64,000 bases of DNA from an uncultured Candidatus Saccharibacteria bacterium (GTDB lineage: Bacteria > Patescibacteriota > Minisyncoccia > Phycocordibacterales > EsbW-18): contig CAYUSN010000002.1 in NCBI GenBank assembly GCA_964447415.1, positions 34,512 through 98,511 of the forward strand. Reading direction: 5' to 3'. The notes below the pieces were generated by a model. It made no database searches and was not told the origin of the DNA. It worked only from the letters and a program-made list of their open reading frames with translations. Below are positions 19,987-31,191 of the stretch, piece after piece. Within the stretch, counting starts at the first letter, position 1. Every line of letters begins with the position of its first letter. Position numbers and translations under genes: made by a program.

Positions 19987-21390
19987 TTAACTGAAAAAAT
20001 TCTTGACAATTACAACGGCAAAGTAGAGATAAAACAGAGACGCACCGACCAAAAAGATATTCGTCACCATTCCCGGACGAAGCGCTTTCGGAAGTTTTGT
20101 GTTGTTCAGATACAGCAGCAGCGGCGTATACAGCGCCATCACAAAACCGCCGAGCGCCGAACTCGCAATCAAAAACACAAACGGCTGATTAAACGGCAAC
20201 AACGCCGCCTGTACGACAATGATGCCGAGAATCAGTCCATAGTAGAGATGGTGAATCGAGACATTGGCAAGTGGTTTAAAAAAAGAAACGAGACGCCCCT
20301 CACGCGCGTTGGTATGAATGATATCTGACACAATGCGGGTAAGCGCATCAATAACCGTCCACATCACCGAAAACAACATGAGGTACGTCATCACAAGATA
20401 GAGCGTCGTTCCGAGGTTGCCGAACTGCGTTCCGAAGATGCGCGCCTGCTCGATTGCCAGCCGTGTGCCGTCCGGAACAATACCCAACGGCGAGAGTACC
20501 ACAAACGCATTGGCGCCCAGCAACAGCAGTGTGACGGTCCCTAACAGCCAGAAAATAACACCCTGATCAATGCGCACAAACATCATCCACTTTTTCCAGC
20601 GTGACATCTGCTCGGGACTGTCGATATCAAACGTTGCGCCGACGACGCCGACAGCCTCCGGTTTTCCTGAAATAGGGTTAGTAATGCGTCCGCTGTACGC
20701 CGCCATACCCGACTGCTTGTCGCGGTACCACAGTGATGTGCAGAGGTTGAGCATTCCGCCCGCGCCTGCAAACACGATGGCACCGAGGAGTACTTTCATA
20801 TCAATACCCTCGGGCATATACCCGAAGCTGGTCAGTCCACGGAGCGCTTCTACGACATTGCCCCACGAAAGGTTGAGTACGCTAATCCATATCAACAAAA
20901 AAGCAAAAACCGGAACGATAACTTTGAGCGCACCTTCAAGTACACGGTACGCGTGCGTACCACGCAAGGTAAACAGCGCGACAAACGCAAGTGAAACCCA
21001 CGCCCAGACGACATACGAACCGAACCCGAAGAGCTCCGCAAGAATGGTGCCCAGTGTACTTGCCCAGCCCGGCCAGATATAGAGAAGCAGTGCCGCGACA
21101 AGCCAAAACAACGGCGTCCAAAACAAAAGTCGGGCAGACGTCGTGAAAAAACTTTCTCCTGTTGCAAGCGTGTGCCGGATGACTTCCTGATTGATGAAGT
21201 ACTGCAACGTGATACCGACGAGCGCGAACCACAGAATTTCAAGTCCGAACTTGGTAACAAGATGCGGCCATAAAATAAGCTCCCCCGTTCCCATCGCCAT
21301 ACCCATAATCACCACACCGACACCGAGCGCTTTCGTCCAAGGAGGCGGCGCCGGCAGTTCTTTTCGCGTCAGCTCTGAAAACGAATACAT
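19987..21390 (-). CDS. Polytopic membrane transporter, possibly Nramp/MntH-related (COG1914-like); start uncertain
   Basis: 10-12 predicted TM helices. MGMAMGTGELILWP loosely resembles the Nramp TM1 region but lacks the DPGN motif. Likely start at MYSFSELTRKEL; the track extends to 21465. Confidence 0.35.
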   Translation of the reverse strand: MYSFSELTRKELPAPPPWTKALGVGVVIMGMAMGTGELILWPHLVTKFGLEILWFALVGITLQYFINQEVIRHTLATGESFFTTSARLLFWTPLFWLVAALLLYIWPGWASTLGTILAELFGFGSYVVWAWVSLAFVALFTLRGTHAYRVLEGALKVIVPVFAFLLIWISVLNLSWGNVVEALRGLTSFGYMPEGIDMKVLLGAIVFAGAGGMLNLCTSLWYRDKQSGMAAYSGRITNPISGKPEAVGVVGATFDIDSPEQMSRWKKWMMFVRIDQGVIFWLLGTVTLLLLGANAFVVLSPLGIVPDGTRLAIEQARIFGTQFGNLGTTLYLVMTYLMLFSVMWTVIDALTRIVSDIIHTNAREGRLVSFFKPLANVSIHHLYYGLILGIIVVQAALLPFNQPFVFLIASSALGGFVMALYTPLLLYLNNTKLPKALRPGMVTNIFLVGASLFYLYFAVVIVKNFFS

Positions 21391-21500
21391 ACGCACAGTA
21401 TACCGCACCGCGCATTGACACTCTCCCCAGGAAGCCGTCAAAAGAAGCCGCTTAACACAATCCACTCCCTATTTGGAAAGCTTGAACGTACAATGTGGTT

Positions 21501-24500
21501 ATGACTGCTCCGTTCGTCCATCTCCACACGCACTCACACTTTTCTCTTCTTTCGGCGCTTCCGCGCATTCCTGAGCTGGTAAAGAAAGCGAAGGAGTACG
21601 GCATGACCGCGCTTGCGCTTACCGACAACGGAAACCTCTACGGCGCAATAGAGTTTTATAAAGCATGTACAAAAGCCGACATCAAACCGATTATCGGCGT
21701 AGATTTTTATTGCGCTCCCCGAACGCGATTTGACCGTGAAACCGGTATCGACTCAAAACGCGAACGGCTTGTTTTGCTTGCAAAAAATTATGAGGGATAC
21801 AAAAACCTCATCAAACTCGTTACGTACTCGCACCTTGAAGGTTTTTATTACAAACCCCGCATCGACACCGAGCTTCTTGAAAAATACCACGAGGGGTTGT
21901 GTGCAATTGTTCCGGTGTTCAACGGCGCGATTGCAAACGCGCTGGCAGGCAACAACAAACAACGCGCCGAGGAAACACTGACGCTGTATAAGAAATTATT
22001 CGGCGACGGGAGCGTGTTTCTTGAAATCACACGGCACCCTGAAATTGAACAACATGACGAACGTGTGAAACGCGTCATCGAATTCAGCACGGAGACCGAC
22101 ACGCCGCTTGTGGCAAGCAACGATGTGCAGTACCTCTCGCCTGATGATGCGCCCGCACGGCGCACCCTGTTGTCCGTGCAATCAAGCGGAGACGGCTGGC
22201 GAAGCGGTTTTACCGAGTCCGACGCTGATTTTTCGTTCATCAGCACCGAACGCGCGGAGGAATTGTTTGCCGACATTCCTGACGCACTTGCCAACACCGT
22301 GAAGGTTGCCGACATGTGCACACTTGAAATTCCTTTGGGTAGCTGGATGTTTCCAGCGTTTCCCATTCCTCACGGCACCACACACGCAGGAGAACTCAAA
22401 CGACAGGTAACCGAGGGTCTTGCGCGGCGCGACATCGCCATGACGGATGAAATTCAAACACGGCTTGATTTTGAACTCTCAACCATTATCGATAAAGGAT
22501 ACGCGCCGTACTTTCTCGTCGTCGGCGACCTGCTGCGGTATGCGCGTGAACATAAAATTCTCACCAACACGAGAGGGTCGGTTGCCGGTTCGCTTGTTTC
22601 ATTTGTACTGGGAATTACCACCGTTAACCCGATTGAGTATCAGTTGCCGTTTGAACGGTTTCTCAACCCCCTGCGCCCTTCACCTCCCGACATCGATCTT
22701 GACATTGCCGATAACCGTCGCGATGAAATGATTGCATACGCGCGTGAAAAGTACGGCGAACACAACGTCGCGCAAATCGGGACGTTCGGAACGATGTTGG
22801 CGCGCGGTTCGGTCCGTGATACCGCACGCGCTCTTAATTACGATCTCGCACTTGCCGACCGTATCGCCAAACTTATTCCCTTCGGTTCCCAAGGATTCCC
22901 GATGTCCATTGACCGCGCGCTTGAAGAAGAACCTGATTTCAAAAAACTGTACGACGGCGATGAAGATGTGCGCGCCATTGTGGACATGGCAAAAAAAATT
23001 GAAGGATGTGCGCGTCATATTTCCGTGCACGCCGCCGGCGTCGTCATCTCGCCGATTGCGCTTGATGAAATTGTGCCGACACAGTGGGACCCGAAAGGCG
23101 AAGGCAAACTGCTCACGCAATACGACATGCACGCCGTTGAAGACGTCGGATTACTTAAATTTGATTTTCTTGGGCTCAAAAACCTCGCCGTACTCGCCGA
23201 GGCGGTACGCCGCGTACGCGCCGTGTACGGACAAAACATCGACGTTGATGCGCTTCCGCTTGACGACAAAAAAACATTTGAGATGCTCGCGACAGGCGAC
23301 ACCATGGCCGTCTTCCAGCTCTCAGGTGACGCGATGACGCAATTCCTTAAAGAACTGCAACCTTCAACGATTCACGACATCAACGCCATGGTTGCGCTGT
23401 ACCGACCGGGACCGATGAAAAACATTCCGGAGTATATTGCCCGCAAACACGGAAAGAAGCAGATTACCTATTATCACCCGAAAATGAAGAGCTTTTTGGA
23501 GCGTTCATACGGTATTTTGGTGTACCAAGACGACCTGCTCTCCACCGCACTTGAACTTGCCGGCTACACATGGGAAACCGTGGACAAATTTCGCAAGGCG
23601 GTCGGAAAAAAGATTCCGGAGGAAATGGCGAAGCAGCATGAAATATTCGTCAAAGGATGCGTGGAACACTCCCAGATGACAGAGAAGCAGGCAGAAGGTT
23701 TGTGGGCACTCTTTGAACCCTTCCAAGGATACGGATTCAACAAAGCGCATGCGGCCTCCTACGGTCGACTCGCCTACCAAACCGCATATATGAAAGCGCA
23801 CTACCCTACCGCATATATGGCGGCGGTACTTTCTGCCGACGCCGGCGATGTGGACAAAATTTCGGAACTCATTTCGGGATGTAAACATATGGGTATCGAG
23901 GTGCTCCCACCGGATATTAACGAGTCTTTCGGTGACTTCTCCGTTGTGCCGAAAGAAAAAACAACCGACGGCACCGAAAAAATACGTTTCGGTCTCTACT
24001 CCATAAAAAACTTCGGCCAAGGCATCGCCGACATCATCATTGAAGAACGCAAAGCGCACGGGCCGTACGAATCACTTGAAGATTTTTTGTCACGCATCCA
24101 CGATCGTAACCTCAACAAAAAATCACTCGAAGCGCTCATACAATCAGGGTCGCTTGACCGCTTTAATGAGCGCGGTGTGATGCTTGCTAATATCAACCTT
24201 ATTCTTTCCTTTAATAAAGAGTCGGGTGAACACGGGCGCGCGCAAGATTCCCTTTTCGGCGGTGCTGCCGGTCCGTTTTTTTCACATCTCACACTTCCGC
24301 CCGCCGAACCGGCAACACAGGAACAAAAGCTTTCGTGGGAAAAAGACTTGCTCGGCCTCTACATTTCCGGTCATCCGCTGGACAAATATAAAAAGTTTTT
24401 TGAAACAACCAACACAAACATCGAGAAGCTCAAAAAAATGCATCCGAATATGACGTCCGTTGCCTACGGACTCGTTGAGGAAGTCCGACCCATCATGACA

Positions 24501-24692
24501 AAAAACGGCGACCGTATGGCGTTCGTACGTATTTCAGACTACACAGGAACGCTTGAAGTTGTGTTTTTTCCGAAGACGTACACGGAGTTTCGTGACAATG
24601 TACTCTCTGGAATCTGTATCGGCGTTAAAGGGAAACTCTCTGAAAGAAACGGCGAAATGTCGCTTATCGCCGACAAGGTTAAAAAATTATAA
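21501..24692 (+). CDS. dnaE: DNA polymerase III alpha subunit DnaE
   Basis: PHP-domain N-terminus (FVHLHTHSHFSLL), polymerase core and a C-terminal OB region. Track start is GTG at 21495; ATG at 21501 is preferred. Confidence 0.95.
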   Translation: MTAPFVHLHTHSHFSLLSALPRIPELVKKAKEYGMTALALTDNGNLYGAIEFYKACTKADIKPIIGVDFYCAPRTRFDRETGIDSKRERLVLLAKNYEGYKNLIKLVTYSHLEGFYYKPRIDTELLEKYHEGLCAIVPVFNGAIANALAGNNKQRAEETLTLYKKLFGDGSVFLEITRHPEIEQHDERVKRVIEFSTETDTPLVASNDVQYLSPDDAPARRTLLSVQSSGDGWRSGFTESDADFSFISTERAEELFADIPDALANTVKVADMCTLEIPLGSWMFPAFPIPHGTTHAGELKRQVTEGLARRDIAMTDEIQTRLDFELSTIIDKGYAPYFLVVGDLLRYAREHKILTNTRGSVAGSLVSFVLGITTVNPIEYQLPFERFLNPLRPSPPDIDLDIADNRRDEMIAYAREKYGEHNVAQIGTFGTMLARGSVRDTARALNYDLALADRIAKLIPFGSQGFPMSIDRALEEEPDFKKLYDGDEDVRAIVDMAKKIEGCARHISVHAAGVVISPIALDEIVPTQWDPKGEGKLLTQYDMHAVEDVGLLKFDFLGLKNLAVLAEAVRRVRAVYGQNIDVDALPLDDKKTFEMLATGDTMAVFQLSGDAMTQFLKELQPSTIHDINAMVALYRPGPMKNIPEYIARKHGKKQITYYHPKMKSFLERSYGILVYQDDLLSTALELAGYTWETVDKFRKAVGKKIPEEMAKQHEIFVKGCVEHSQMTEKQAEGLWALFEPFQGYGFNKAHAASYGRLAYQTAYMKAHYPTAYMAAVLSADAGDVDKISELISGCKHMGIEVLPPDINESFGDFSVVPKEKTTDGTEKIRFGLYSIKNFGQGIADIIIEERKAHGPYESLEDFLSRIHDRNLNKKSLEALIQSGSLDRFNERGVMLANINLILSFNKESGEHGRAQDSLFGGAAGPFFSHLTLPPAEPATQEQKLSWEKDLLGLYISGHPLDKYKKFFETTNTNIEKLKKMHPNMTSVAYGLVEEVRPIMTKNGDRMAFVRISDYTGTLEVVFFPKTYTEFRDNVLSGICIGVKGKLSERNGEMSLIADKVKKL

Positions 24693-24727
24693 AACGGTGC
24701 CCCGACGGTTTCCCGTCAGGGCGTGTG

Positions 24728-25180
24728 TTACCGCGACTGTTCCCGCCGCAGAAGCCGTCCCCACTGGTTTTCATAAGAAGACCATTTGATGTGGGGCGAG
24801 GTCCACGACTGCTGGTGCAACGGCGGGTGGTGCGGGATATAGAAGCGCTTGGTGTTCGTTCCCTTCGGAACATGGCGCAGGAGCACCTGACTCGGGATGA
24901 CGAGCACGCGCTCACTACCGTCGCACAGTCGGTACAGCACGATGGTAAAGTCCGACTTCCGTAGTGACGTACGTGTCACCCCCAACATGGCATAGTGACT
25001 GTCTCCGTCGGTGCGCACATTCTCCAAATAGTGGAGACGGCAGTCAAAACCGTTGATGTGCAGACGCATCTTACTAACCGACTTCACACGGTTTTTATAC
25101 ACCAACAGAACCTCTTCTACGGAAAAACCCCGTCCTTGTGCCTCAGTTGTGATGCGCGTGCGTAATTCGTCTTTTGTCAC
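24728..25180 (-). CDS. Hypothetical protein, no recognisable domain
   Basis: 150 aa ORF alone on the minus strand between dnaE and thrS. No motif recognised. Confidence 0.3.
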   Translation of the reverse strand: MTKDELRTRITTEAQGRGFSVEEVLLVYKNRVKSVSKMRLHINGFDCRLHYLENVRTDGDSHYAMLGVTRTSLRKSDFTIVLYRLCDGSERVLVIPSQVLLRHVPKGTNTKRFYIPHHPPLHQQSWTSPHIKWSSYENQWGRLLRREQSR

Positions 25181-25263
25181 GTTGTTCTCCTTATCGGAAG
25201 AGCAGTTGAAGAGTCTGCGGGAAACTATATACTACAAAGACACCCAGGGGCAATATTTCATAT

Positions 25264-27018
25264 ATGAGCAATACACAATCGGAAGATCTTTCACCGCTAC
25301 GACACACCCTCTCACACCTCATGGCTGCGGCCGTGCTGGAACACTATCCGGACGCAAAGCTTACGCTGGGCCCCGCCATTGATAACGGTTTTTACTACGA
25401 CATCAAATTTACCGAGGCGCCGAGTGAGGATGACCTCAAAAAAATAGAAAAATCGATGAAAAAACTCCTACCGACGTGGAAGGAGTTTTCCCACCGTGAG
25501 GTGTCGAAAGACGAGGCGCTTGAATTGTTCAAAGACAACCCGTTTAAAACAGAGCTCGTCAACGAAATTGCGGAGAAGGGCGAAACCATCACACTCTACA
25601 CAGCCGGTTCCTTCACCGATTTGTGCCGTGGCGGACATGTGGAGCACCCGTCAAAAGATATTGCCCCCGACTCTTTTACCCTTTCGCACATCGCGGGCGC
25701 GTACTGGCGCGGAAACGAAAAAAATCCCATGCTCACGCGCATCTACGGACTAGCATTTGAATCAAAAGAAAAACTTGACGCGTACCTTCATATGCAAGAA
25801 GAGGCAAAGAAACGCGACCACCGAAAGCTTGGAAAAGAACTTGATCTTTTTACCTTTTCCGACTACATCGGCTCGGGACTTCCGCTCTACACTCCACGCG
25901 GTGCGCTCATCCGCCGCCTGCTGAACGAATATGTTGAATCGCTCCAAACAAAAGAGGGGTATGAGCAGGTATGGACTCCGCAGATGGCTAAGGCATCACT
26001 GTTTAAGCAGTCGGGTCACTACGACAAATACAAAGACGACATGTTCCGCGTTGTCTCCAACTATTCCGACGAGGAGTTCTTCCTCAAGCCGATGAACTGC
26101 CCTCAGCACACGCAAATCTACGCAAGCAAAAAACGCAGTTACCGCGACCTACCGCTGCGTTACACCGACTTTGCGATGCTCTACCGCGACGAACAACCCG
26201 GACAGCTCAGCGGTTTGGCGCGCGTTCGGTCGTTCTCGCAGGATGACTGTCATATTTTCTGCCGTGAAGATCAGGTAGATGAAGAAATAGACCGCGCGCT
26301 CTCTATGACCAAAAAAATTATGGCGACCTTCGGGCTCAAATATCGATATCGTCTTTCCACCCGCGATCCCGAGCACCCTGAAAAATATCTGGGTAATCCC
26401 GACACGTGGGACAAGGTTGAGAAATGGGCGGAAAAGATTATGCAGCGGAATAACATTGACTACTTCCCCGGTCCCGGTGAAGCTGCGTTTTATGCACCTA
26501 AGATGGATTTGATCGCGACGGACGCATTGGGCCGCGACTGGCAGCTTTCCACCGTACAGATCGACTACGTCATGCCGGAGCGTTTTGACCTCTCCTACAC
26601 GGACACTGACGGCTCGGAAAAACATCCTGTCATGCTCCACCGCGCCATCATCGGTTCACCTGAGCGTTTCATTATGATTTTACTTGAACATTTTGCAGGT
26701 GCACTCCCGTCATGGCTCTCACCCGTACAGGTCAGTATTCTTTCTATTTCAGACAAGCATGCGGAGTATGGGCAGGAAGTGCTTGCCGCGCTTTCAGGTG
26801 TCGGCATCCGCGCCGAACTTGATGATTCAAACGAAACACTCGGTAAAAAAATCCGAAATTGGAAAATGTCAAAAAATCCGTACGCGCTCGTGCTCGGTGA
26901 TAAAGAGGTCGAGCAGAAAACACTGACGCTTGAATCGCGTTCGGGAGAAAAAAAGGAACTTACGCTTTCCGAACTTATTGCGCAATTACAGGAAGAAATA
27001 ACGGAACGTCGTGCATAA
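25264..27018 (+). CDS. thrS: Threonyl-tRNA synthetase (lacks the N-terminal TGS domain)
   Basis: Begins in the N2 editing domain (HTLSHLMAAAVLEHYPDAKLTLGPAIDNGFYYD). Class II motifs are present (FRDEQPGQLSGLARVRSFSQDD; HRAIIGSPERF). A TTGAAG-N16-TATACT promoter candidate lies at 25214-25243. Confidence 0.95.
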   Translation: MSNTQSEDLSPLRHTLSHLMAAAVLEHYPDAKLTLGPAIDNGFYYDIKFTEAPSEDDLKKIEKSMKKLLPTWKEFSHREVSKDEALELFKDNPFKTELVNEIAEKGETITLYTAGSFTDLCRGGHVEHPSKDIAPDSFTLSHIAGAYWRGNEKNPMLTRIYGLAFESKEKLDAYLHMQEEAKKRDHRKLGKELDLFTFSDYIGSGLPLYTPRGALIRRLLNEYVESLQTKEGYEQVWTPQMAKASLFKQSGHYDKYKDDMFRVVSNYSDEEFFLKPMNCPQHTQIYASKKRSYRDLPLRYTDFAMLYRDEQPGQLSGLARVRSFSQDDCHIFCREDQVDEEIDRALSMTKKIMATFGLKYRYRLSTRDPEHPEKYLGNPDTWDKVEKWAEKIMQRNNIDYFPGPGEAAFYAPKMDLIATDALGRDWQLSTVQIDYVMPERFDLSYTDTDGSEKHPVMLHRAIIGSPERFIMILLEHFAGALPSWLSPVQVSILSISDKHAEYGQEVLAALSGVGIRAELDDSNETLGKKIRNWKMSKNPYALVLGDKEVEQKTLTLESRSGEKKELTLSELIAQLQEEITERRA

Positions 27019-27415
27019 TTTTAAACTCATCGTCATACTCGCCGCTATTGCAGCCGCCATAGATTTTGTGTGGCTCGGTGTTATTGTAAAAAACTTTTAC
27101 CAAAGTCAGCTGGGTGATTTGATGCGCCCGGCAGGCGTCTTCGGCGACATACGCCTGCTCGGCGCCGTTGCGGTGTACCTTCTGCTTGCTGCAGGAATTG
27201 TATTTTTTGTTTTGCCGAACGCACCGACCGCCGCTGCCGCCATCGGATGGGGAGCATTTCTAGGACTTTTGGTCTACGGCGTCTATGATTTCACCAACTG
27301 GACGGTACTCTCCCGCTGGCCGCTTGTACTCGCGCTTGCCGACATCGCATGGGGTGTTTTCATTCTCGGCTTCCTTTCATGGCTTGCCGTGCATCTCTCC
27401 CGAATCCTCTCGTAG
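27011..27415 (+). CDS. Hypothetical integral membrane protein (4 TM; DUF2177-like)
   Basis: 134 aa, hydrophobic throughout. GTG start overlapping the thrS stop by 8 nt. Confidence 0.4.
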   Translation: MHNFKLIVILAAIAAAIDFVWLGVIVKNFYQSQLGDLMRPAGVFGDIRLLGAVAVYLLLAAGIVFFVLPNAPTAAAAIGWGAFLGLLVYGVYDFTNWTVLSRWPLVLALADIAWGVFILGFLSWLAVHLSRILS

Positions 27416-27419
27416 CGCA

Positions 27420-27815
27420 TCACGCGCCCCCAAACCGTTCCTCTTCCCGCTTGCGAACCTCGTCCTCTTCCAGACCGAAGTGGTGGCCGATTTCGTGCCA
27501 CAGCGTCTCGTATATGACGTCTGGAAGGGTTTTCCCGAGTTCCTGCGCATACCCCTCAATGGGAAGCCGGTACAGCGTGATGGTGTCCGGAAACGCAAAC
27601 CCGGCGTCATTATGACGCTCGGTTCTGGGCACGCCTCGGTAGAGTCCGAGAAGTTCTTTGTTTGACGTCAGTTTGAGCTCCCGGCGAGTTTTTTCAGAAA
27701 CCACATCCTCCGTTAAAAGAGCGACATTTTTCACCAATGCGCGAAATTTCTCAGGCAAACGCACAAACGCTTCCTGCACCATTGTTTCAAATGCTTCTTT
27801 GGAAACACTGTCCAT
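27420..27815 (-). CDS. Zincin-like metallopeptidase (DUF1025/PF06262 family)
   Basis: 131 aa with HExxH in ETLWHEIGHHFGLEEDEV. Start ATG overlaps the upstream gene's stop (TAATG); the track ORF extends N-terminally in the same frame. Confidence 0.6.
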   Translation of the reverse strand: MDSVSKEAFETMVQEAFVRLPEKFRALVKNVALLTEDVVSEKTRRELKLTSNKELLGLYRGVPRTERHNDAGFAFPDTITLYRLPIEGYAQELGKTLPDVIYETLWHEIGHHFGLEEDEVRKREEERFGGA

Positions 27816-27817
27816 TA

Positions 27818-28231
27818 CAGAAAAAATAAACCGATGAGTACGGTCGCCACCCAGCCCATACCAGAAAGCGCACCGGACGTCTTCAGCGTACGTTGTTCCA
27901 ATTTTGAAAGCAGCGCATACGGCTGTCGTGTTGCCGTGAGCATCAGTTTGTCGATAAAAAGTCCGTTGAGAAGGAGTGTTGCGACAAACGCAAGCTTTAC
28001 GTAAAACATCGGTTTTGCAAACCAGACCTCCCACGAAGGAACGGTGATAATGATGCCGGTGACAATGAGCAGAAATAATCCGGCAAACACGAGCCGATGC
28101 GTCCATTTGACCGCGGTTGCCGGCAGTGTCTGCACCGTTCCGCGAAAATACTGGAGACCCATAAAGTCCGCATGGGAGATAACGGGAATGGTGATAAGAA
28201 GCGCTAGGAGATGCAGTGCGACAAAGTCCAT
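27818..28231 (-). CDS. Hypothetical membrane protein (4 TM)
   Basis: 138 aa hydrophobic ORF, translationally coupled to the downstream peptidase gene. Confidence 0.35.
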
Positions 28232-28236
28232 AAATA

Positions 28237-28713
28237 TTACTTGAGTGTTCCTATCTGGTATGACGCGAGTATGCGTTCGGGTTTTGATTCTCCGCCGTGT
28301 TGACCCTCAAAACTTGAAGAACCGTCTCTGCCGCAAATTCGTATAATTTCTTTTGCTCCGCCGGGGTGTTTGTTCACATAACTTGTCAGATTGTAGACCA
28401 GACCGTTGACGACCGACCAGCAATCAGGCGCGGTGCTATGTAAAGCAACCTGCGACATCGTGTATGTCCCGAGAGTCGTTGTGTCCGGAGCGGACGTGGG
28501 CGCCGGTGCGGAGACCGTTGGTTTCGGTGTCGCCACCACGGGTGTCGGCTCGATATCTGCAGGAGAAACAGGAATCAGCTCCGCGACTTCTTTCGGTGGA
28601 GGCGGTATTTCGGCATTTAGTTTTTCCTCGGCAATCGGGGAAATAATCTGATACACAAACACCGTAGCGCTGAAAATCAATCCGGTGTACACGAGCAGCC
28701 CTTTTGAGTTCAT
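28237..28713 (-). CDS. Membrane-anchored cytochrome b5-like heme-binding domain protein
   Basis: N-terminal TM helix, Pro/Thr-rich linker, and C-terminal LTSYVNKHPGGAKEI...GQHGG (the HPGG motif of the cyt-b5 fold). Confidence 0.5.
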   Translation of the reverse strand: MNSKGLLVYTGLIFSATVFVYQIISPIAEEKLNAEIPPPPKEVAELIPVSPADIEPTPVVATPKPTVSAPAPTSAPDTTTLGTYTMSQVALHSTAPDCWSVVNGLVYNLTSYVNKHPGGAKEIIRICGRDGSSSFEGQHGGESKPERILASYQIGTLK

Positions 28714-28802
28714 ACAAAATGCTTCTGAAATAGTTCGTACGGTTACGAGTACCGCCGTACAGGATATACCATGGGTTATTTTTCGTACAGGGTTACAAAA
28801 TC

Positions 28803-29279
28803 TTATACTGCGCCGGTGCGGTCAAACAGATTCTCCGGTAGATAGATAATCTCAAGACCGACACGTATTCCCTGCTCGTGCTCCCACGTCGCTCCGCGTG
28901 ATGTTTGCCAATCGGGCAAAAACAAAAGTTTGTCAACGAGCTTGTTTTCAAAAATAGGGCCGTAAAATTCGTTTAGCAGTCGCACCGGGTATTCCGACGA
29001 CGGTTCGACAATCGCCTTTATCCGCTGCATGGCTAACTCAAACGGAAGCTGATCAAAAATTTCAATTCCCTGCTTCATTGCATGTTCAAATGCAATTTCA
29101 AATCGCTTTAGGTTTGCCTCAACAGAACCCGCACCGCCCGTTGTGATAGGACCGCACATCTGCCCGCGCGGACGGGGTATTCTGTCTAAAATACGCTCTG
29201 CGATGGCAAAAAGATCACCGTACGAACCGGCGAGATTGAGAGCGTCCCTGTCTTCCTGCATCCAATATTTTTCAAACAT
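28803..29279 (-). CDS. Hypothetical protein, possibly nucleoside 2-deoxyribosyltransferase-like (DUF4406-like)
   Basis: MCGPITTGGAGSVEANLKRFEIA resembles the Rossmann-like N-terminus of DUF4406/NDT-like proteins. Weak call. Confidence 0.3.
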   Translation of the reverse strand: MFEKYWMQEDRDALNLAGSYGDLFAIAERILDRIPRPRGQMCGPITTGGAGSVEANLKRFEIAFEHAMKQGIEIFDQLPFELAMQRIKAIVEPSSEYPVRLLNEFYGPIFENKLVDKLLFLPDWQTSRGATWEHEQGIRVGLEIIYLPENLFDRTGAV

Positions 29280-29298
29280 GCTAAGTAGTATACCATCC

Positions 29299-31089
29299 CT
29301 ACTCCTGTGTCCTGCGGGCGCGGGCGCGATCAAGTTCCGTCAAATACTGTTTGCGCAAACGGACTGATTTCGGTGTAATTTCAAGATATTCGTCATCGGC
29401 CATTACTTCCAACCCGCGTTCAATGGAAAGTGTGAACGGTGGCACCAGGTTAATCGCTTCATCAGAACCTGACGCACGCATGTTCGTAAGCTGTTTTCCT
29501 TTTGTGGGATTCACCGGCATTTCTTCTCCTTTTGCTGTGTTGCCGATAACCATACCCTCATATACTTCCACTGCCGGCCCGACATAGAGTACCCCGCGGT
29601 CCTGCAGGTTCCACAGCGAATAGCCGAGTGTCTTGCCCGACACCATAGATACCATGGAACCGGTCGGGCGTTTTGAAATCTCTCCGGCAAACGGTTTAAA
29701 ACCGATGACGCGCGATGAAAGAATTCCCTCTCCTTTTGTATCAATAATGAACTGGTTGCGGTAGCCCAAAAGACCGCGTGTCGGTCCCTCAAGTATAAGC
29801 CGCACCGTTTCGCCGTGTGTACGCATGTTCTGTAGAACAAACCCGCGCCTGCCGAGCCGTTCAATGACCGCGCCTTGAAACACATTCGGCGTATCCACCA
29901 CCACTTCTTCAAACGGCTCTTTTTTCACACCGTGTTCTTCGCGCGTAATGACGTGCGGTTGCGACACCTGCAGTTCGTATCCCTCTCGGCTCATATTTTC
30001 AAGTAAAACCGCAATGTGCAGTTCTCCGCGTCCCGAAACCACAAAACTATCCGTTGACGTAAAATCAACACGCAGCCCAACATTCACTTCAAGCTCACGT
30101 TCAAGACGTTCTCTGATCTGACGCGACGTGACAAGCTTCCCCTCACGCCCCGTAAAAGGAGAATTGTTGACCAAAAAATTAAGCGTGATGGTCGGTTCAT
30201 CCACCGCAATCGCCGGAAGCGGTTCCACGGAAGAATCGGTTGTGACTGTTTCTCCGATATCGATATCGGGCAGTCCGGCAATCATCACAATGTCACCTGC
30301 AGTCGCTTCTTTTGAATCAACTTTTTCAAGTCCGTTGAATGTAAACAACTTTGTAATTTTTCCCTGTCGCGTCTCCCCCGTCGCTTTTTTCACATACACA
30401 CTCTGGTTTGCTGACACGGTTCCTTCGTACACACGCGCAACCGCAAGACGTCCGAGAAAGTTGTCATACCCGAGGTTAAACGGCTGAAGACGCAACGTTT
30501 TTGATTCATTACCCACTCCTGCCGCCGGTACGTGTTCAAGAATGGTGTCCAAAAGCGGTGTGAGGTCAACCGATTCCTCGTGCATGTGTTTTTTTGCGGA
30601 ACCCTCGCGACCGATTGCGTACACTACCGGAAAACTTGCCTGCATGTCGTTTGCACCGAGTTCAAGAAACAACTCGAGCACCGCTTCCTCCGCGTGCGCG
30701 GGGTTTGCGGCCGGTTTATCAATTTTGTTAATAACCACAATCGGATGCAATCCGAGCTCCAGAGATTTTTTCAACACAAAGCGGGTTTGCGGCATGGGTC
30801 CTTCCTGCGCATCAACAACAAGCAAAACGGAATCAACGGAACGCAGCACGCGCTCAACCTCGGAACCAAAATCCGCGTGTCCGGGCGTGTCTACAATATT
30901 AATTTTTGTGCCGCGGTACATGACCGCCGCATTTTTTGCGTAAATAGTGATACCGCGTTCCAGCTCAAGTGTGTTTGAATCCATGGACACACCTTCGGCA
31001 ACGGCGCCGCATTGCCGGAGTATGGCGTCGGTGAGCGTCGTTTTTCCGTGGTCAACGTGTGCGATGATGGCAATGTTTCTGACTTCCAT
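29299..31089 (-). CDS. typA: Translational GTPase TypA/BipA
   Basis: [26 protein letters not shown]... G-domain then EF-G-like domains; 596 aa. Confidence 0.95.
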   Translation of the reverse strand: MEVRNIAIIAHVDHGKTTLTDAILRQCGAVAEGVSMDSNTLELERGITIYAKNAAVMYRGTKINIVDTPGHADFGSEVERVLRSVDSVLLVVDAQEGPMPQTRFVLKKSLELGLHPIVVINKIDKPAANPAHAEEAVLELFLELGANDMQASFPVVYAIGREGSAKKHMHEESVDLTPLLDTILEHVPAAGVGNESKTLRLQPFNLGYDNFLGRLAVARVYEGTVSANQSVYVKKATGETRQGKITKLFTFNGLEKVDSKEATAGDIVMIAGLPDIDIGETVTTDSSVEPLPAIAVDEPTITLNFLVNNSPFTGREGKLVTSRQIRERLERELEVNVGLRVDFTSTDSFVVSGRGELHIAVLLENMSREGYELQVSQPHVITREEHGVKKEPFEEVVVDTPNVFQGAVIERLGRRGFVLQNMRTHGETVRLILEGPTRGLLGYRNQFIIDTKGEGILSSRVIGFKPFAGEISKRPTGSMVSMVSGKTLGYSLWNLQDRGVLYVGPAVEVYEGMVIGNTAKGEEMPVNPTKGKQLTNMRASGSDEAINLVPPFTLSIERGLEVMADDEYLEITPKSVRLRKQYLTELDRARARRTQE

Positions 31090-31191
31090 AAAAGAAAAGT
31101 CGCCTCGCGGGCGGTGTCTGAGATACTACAGTAAAAAGCCTGTGGGGGCAATCAACACAGGTTGACGCAACGCCCTACCGGAGTACTCTGA

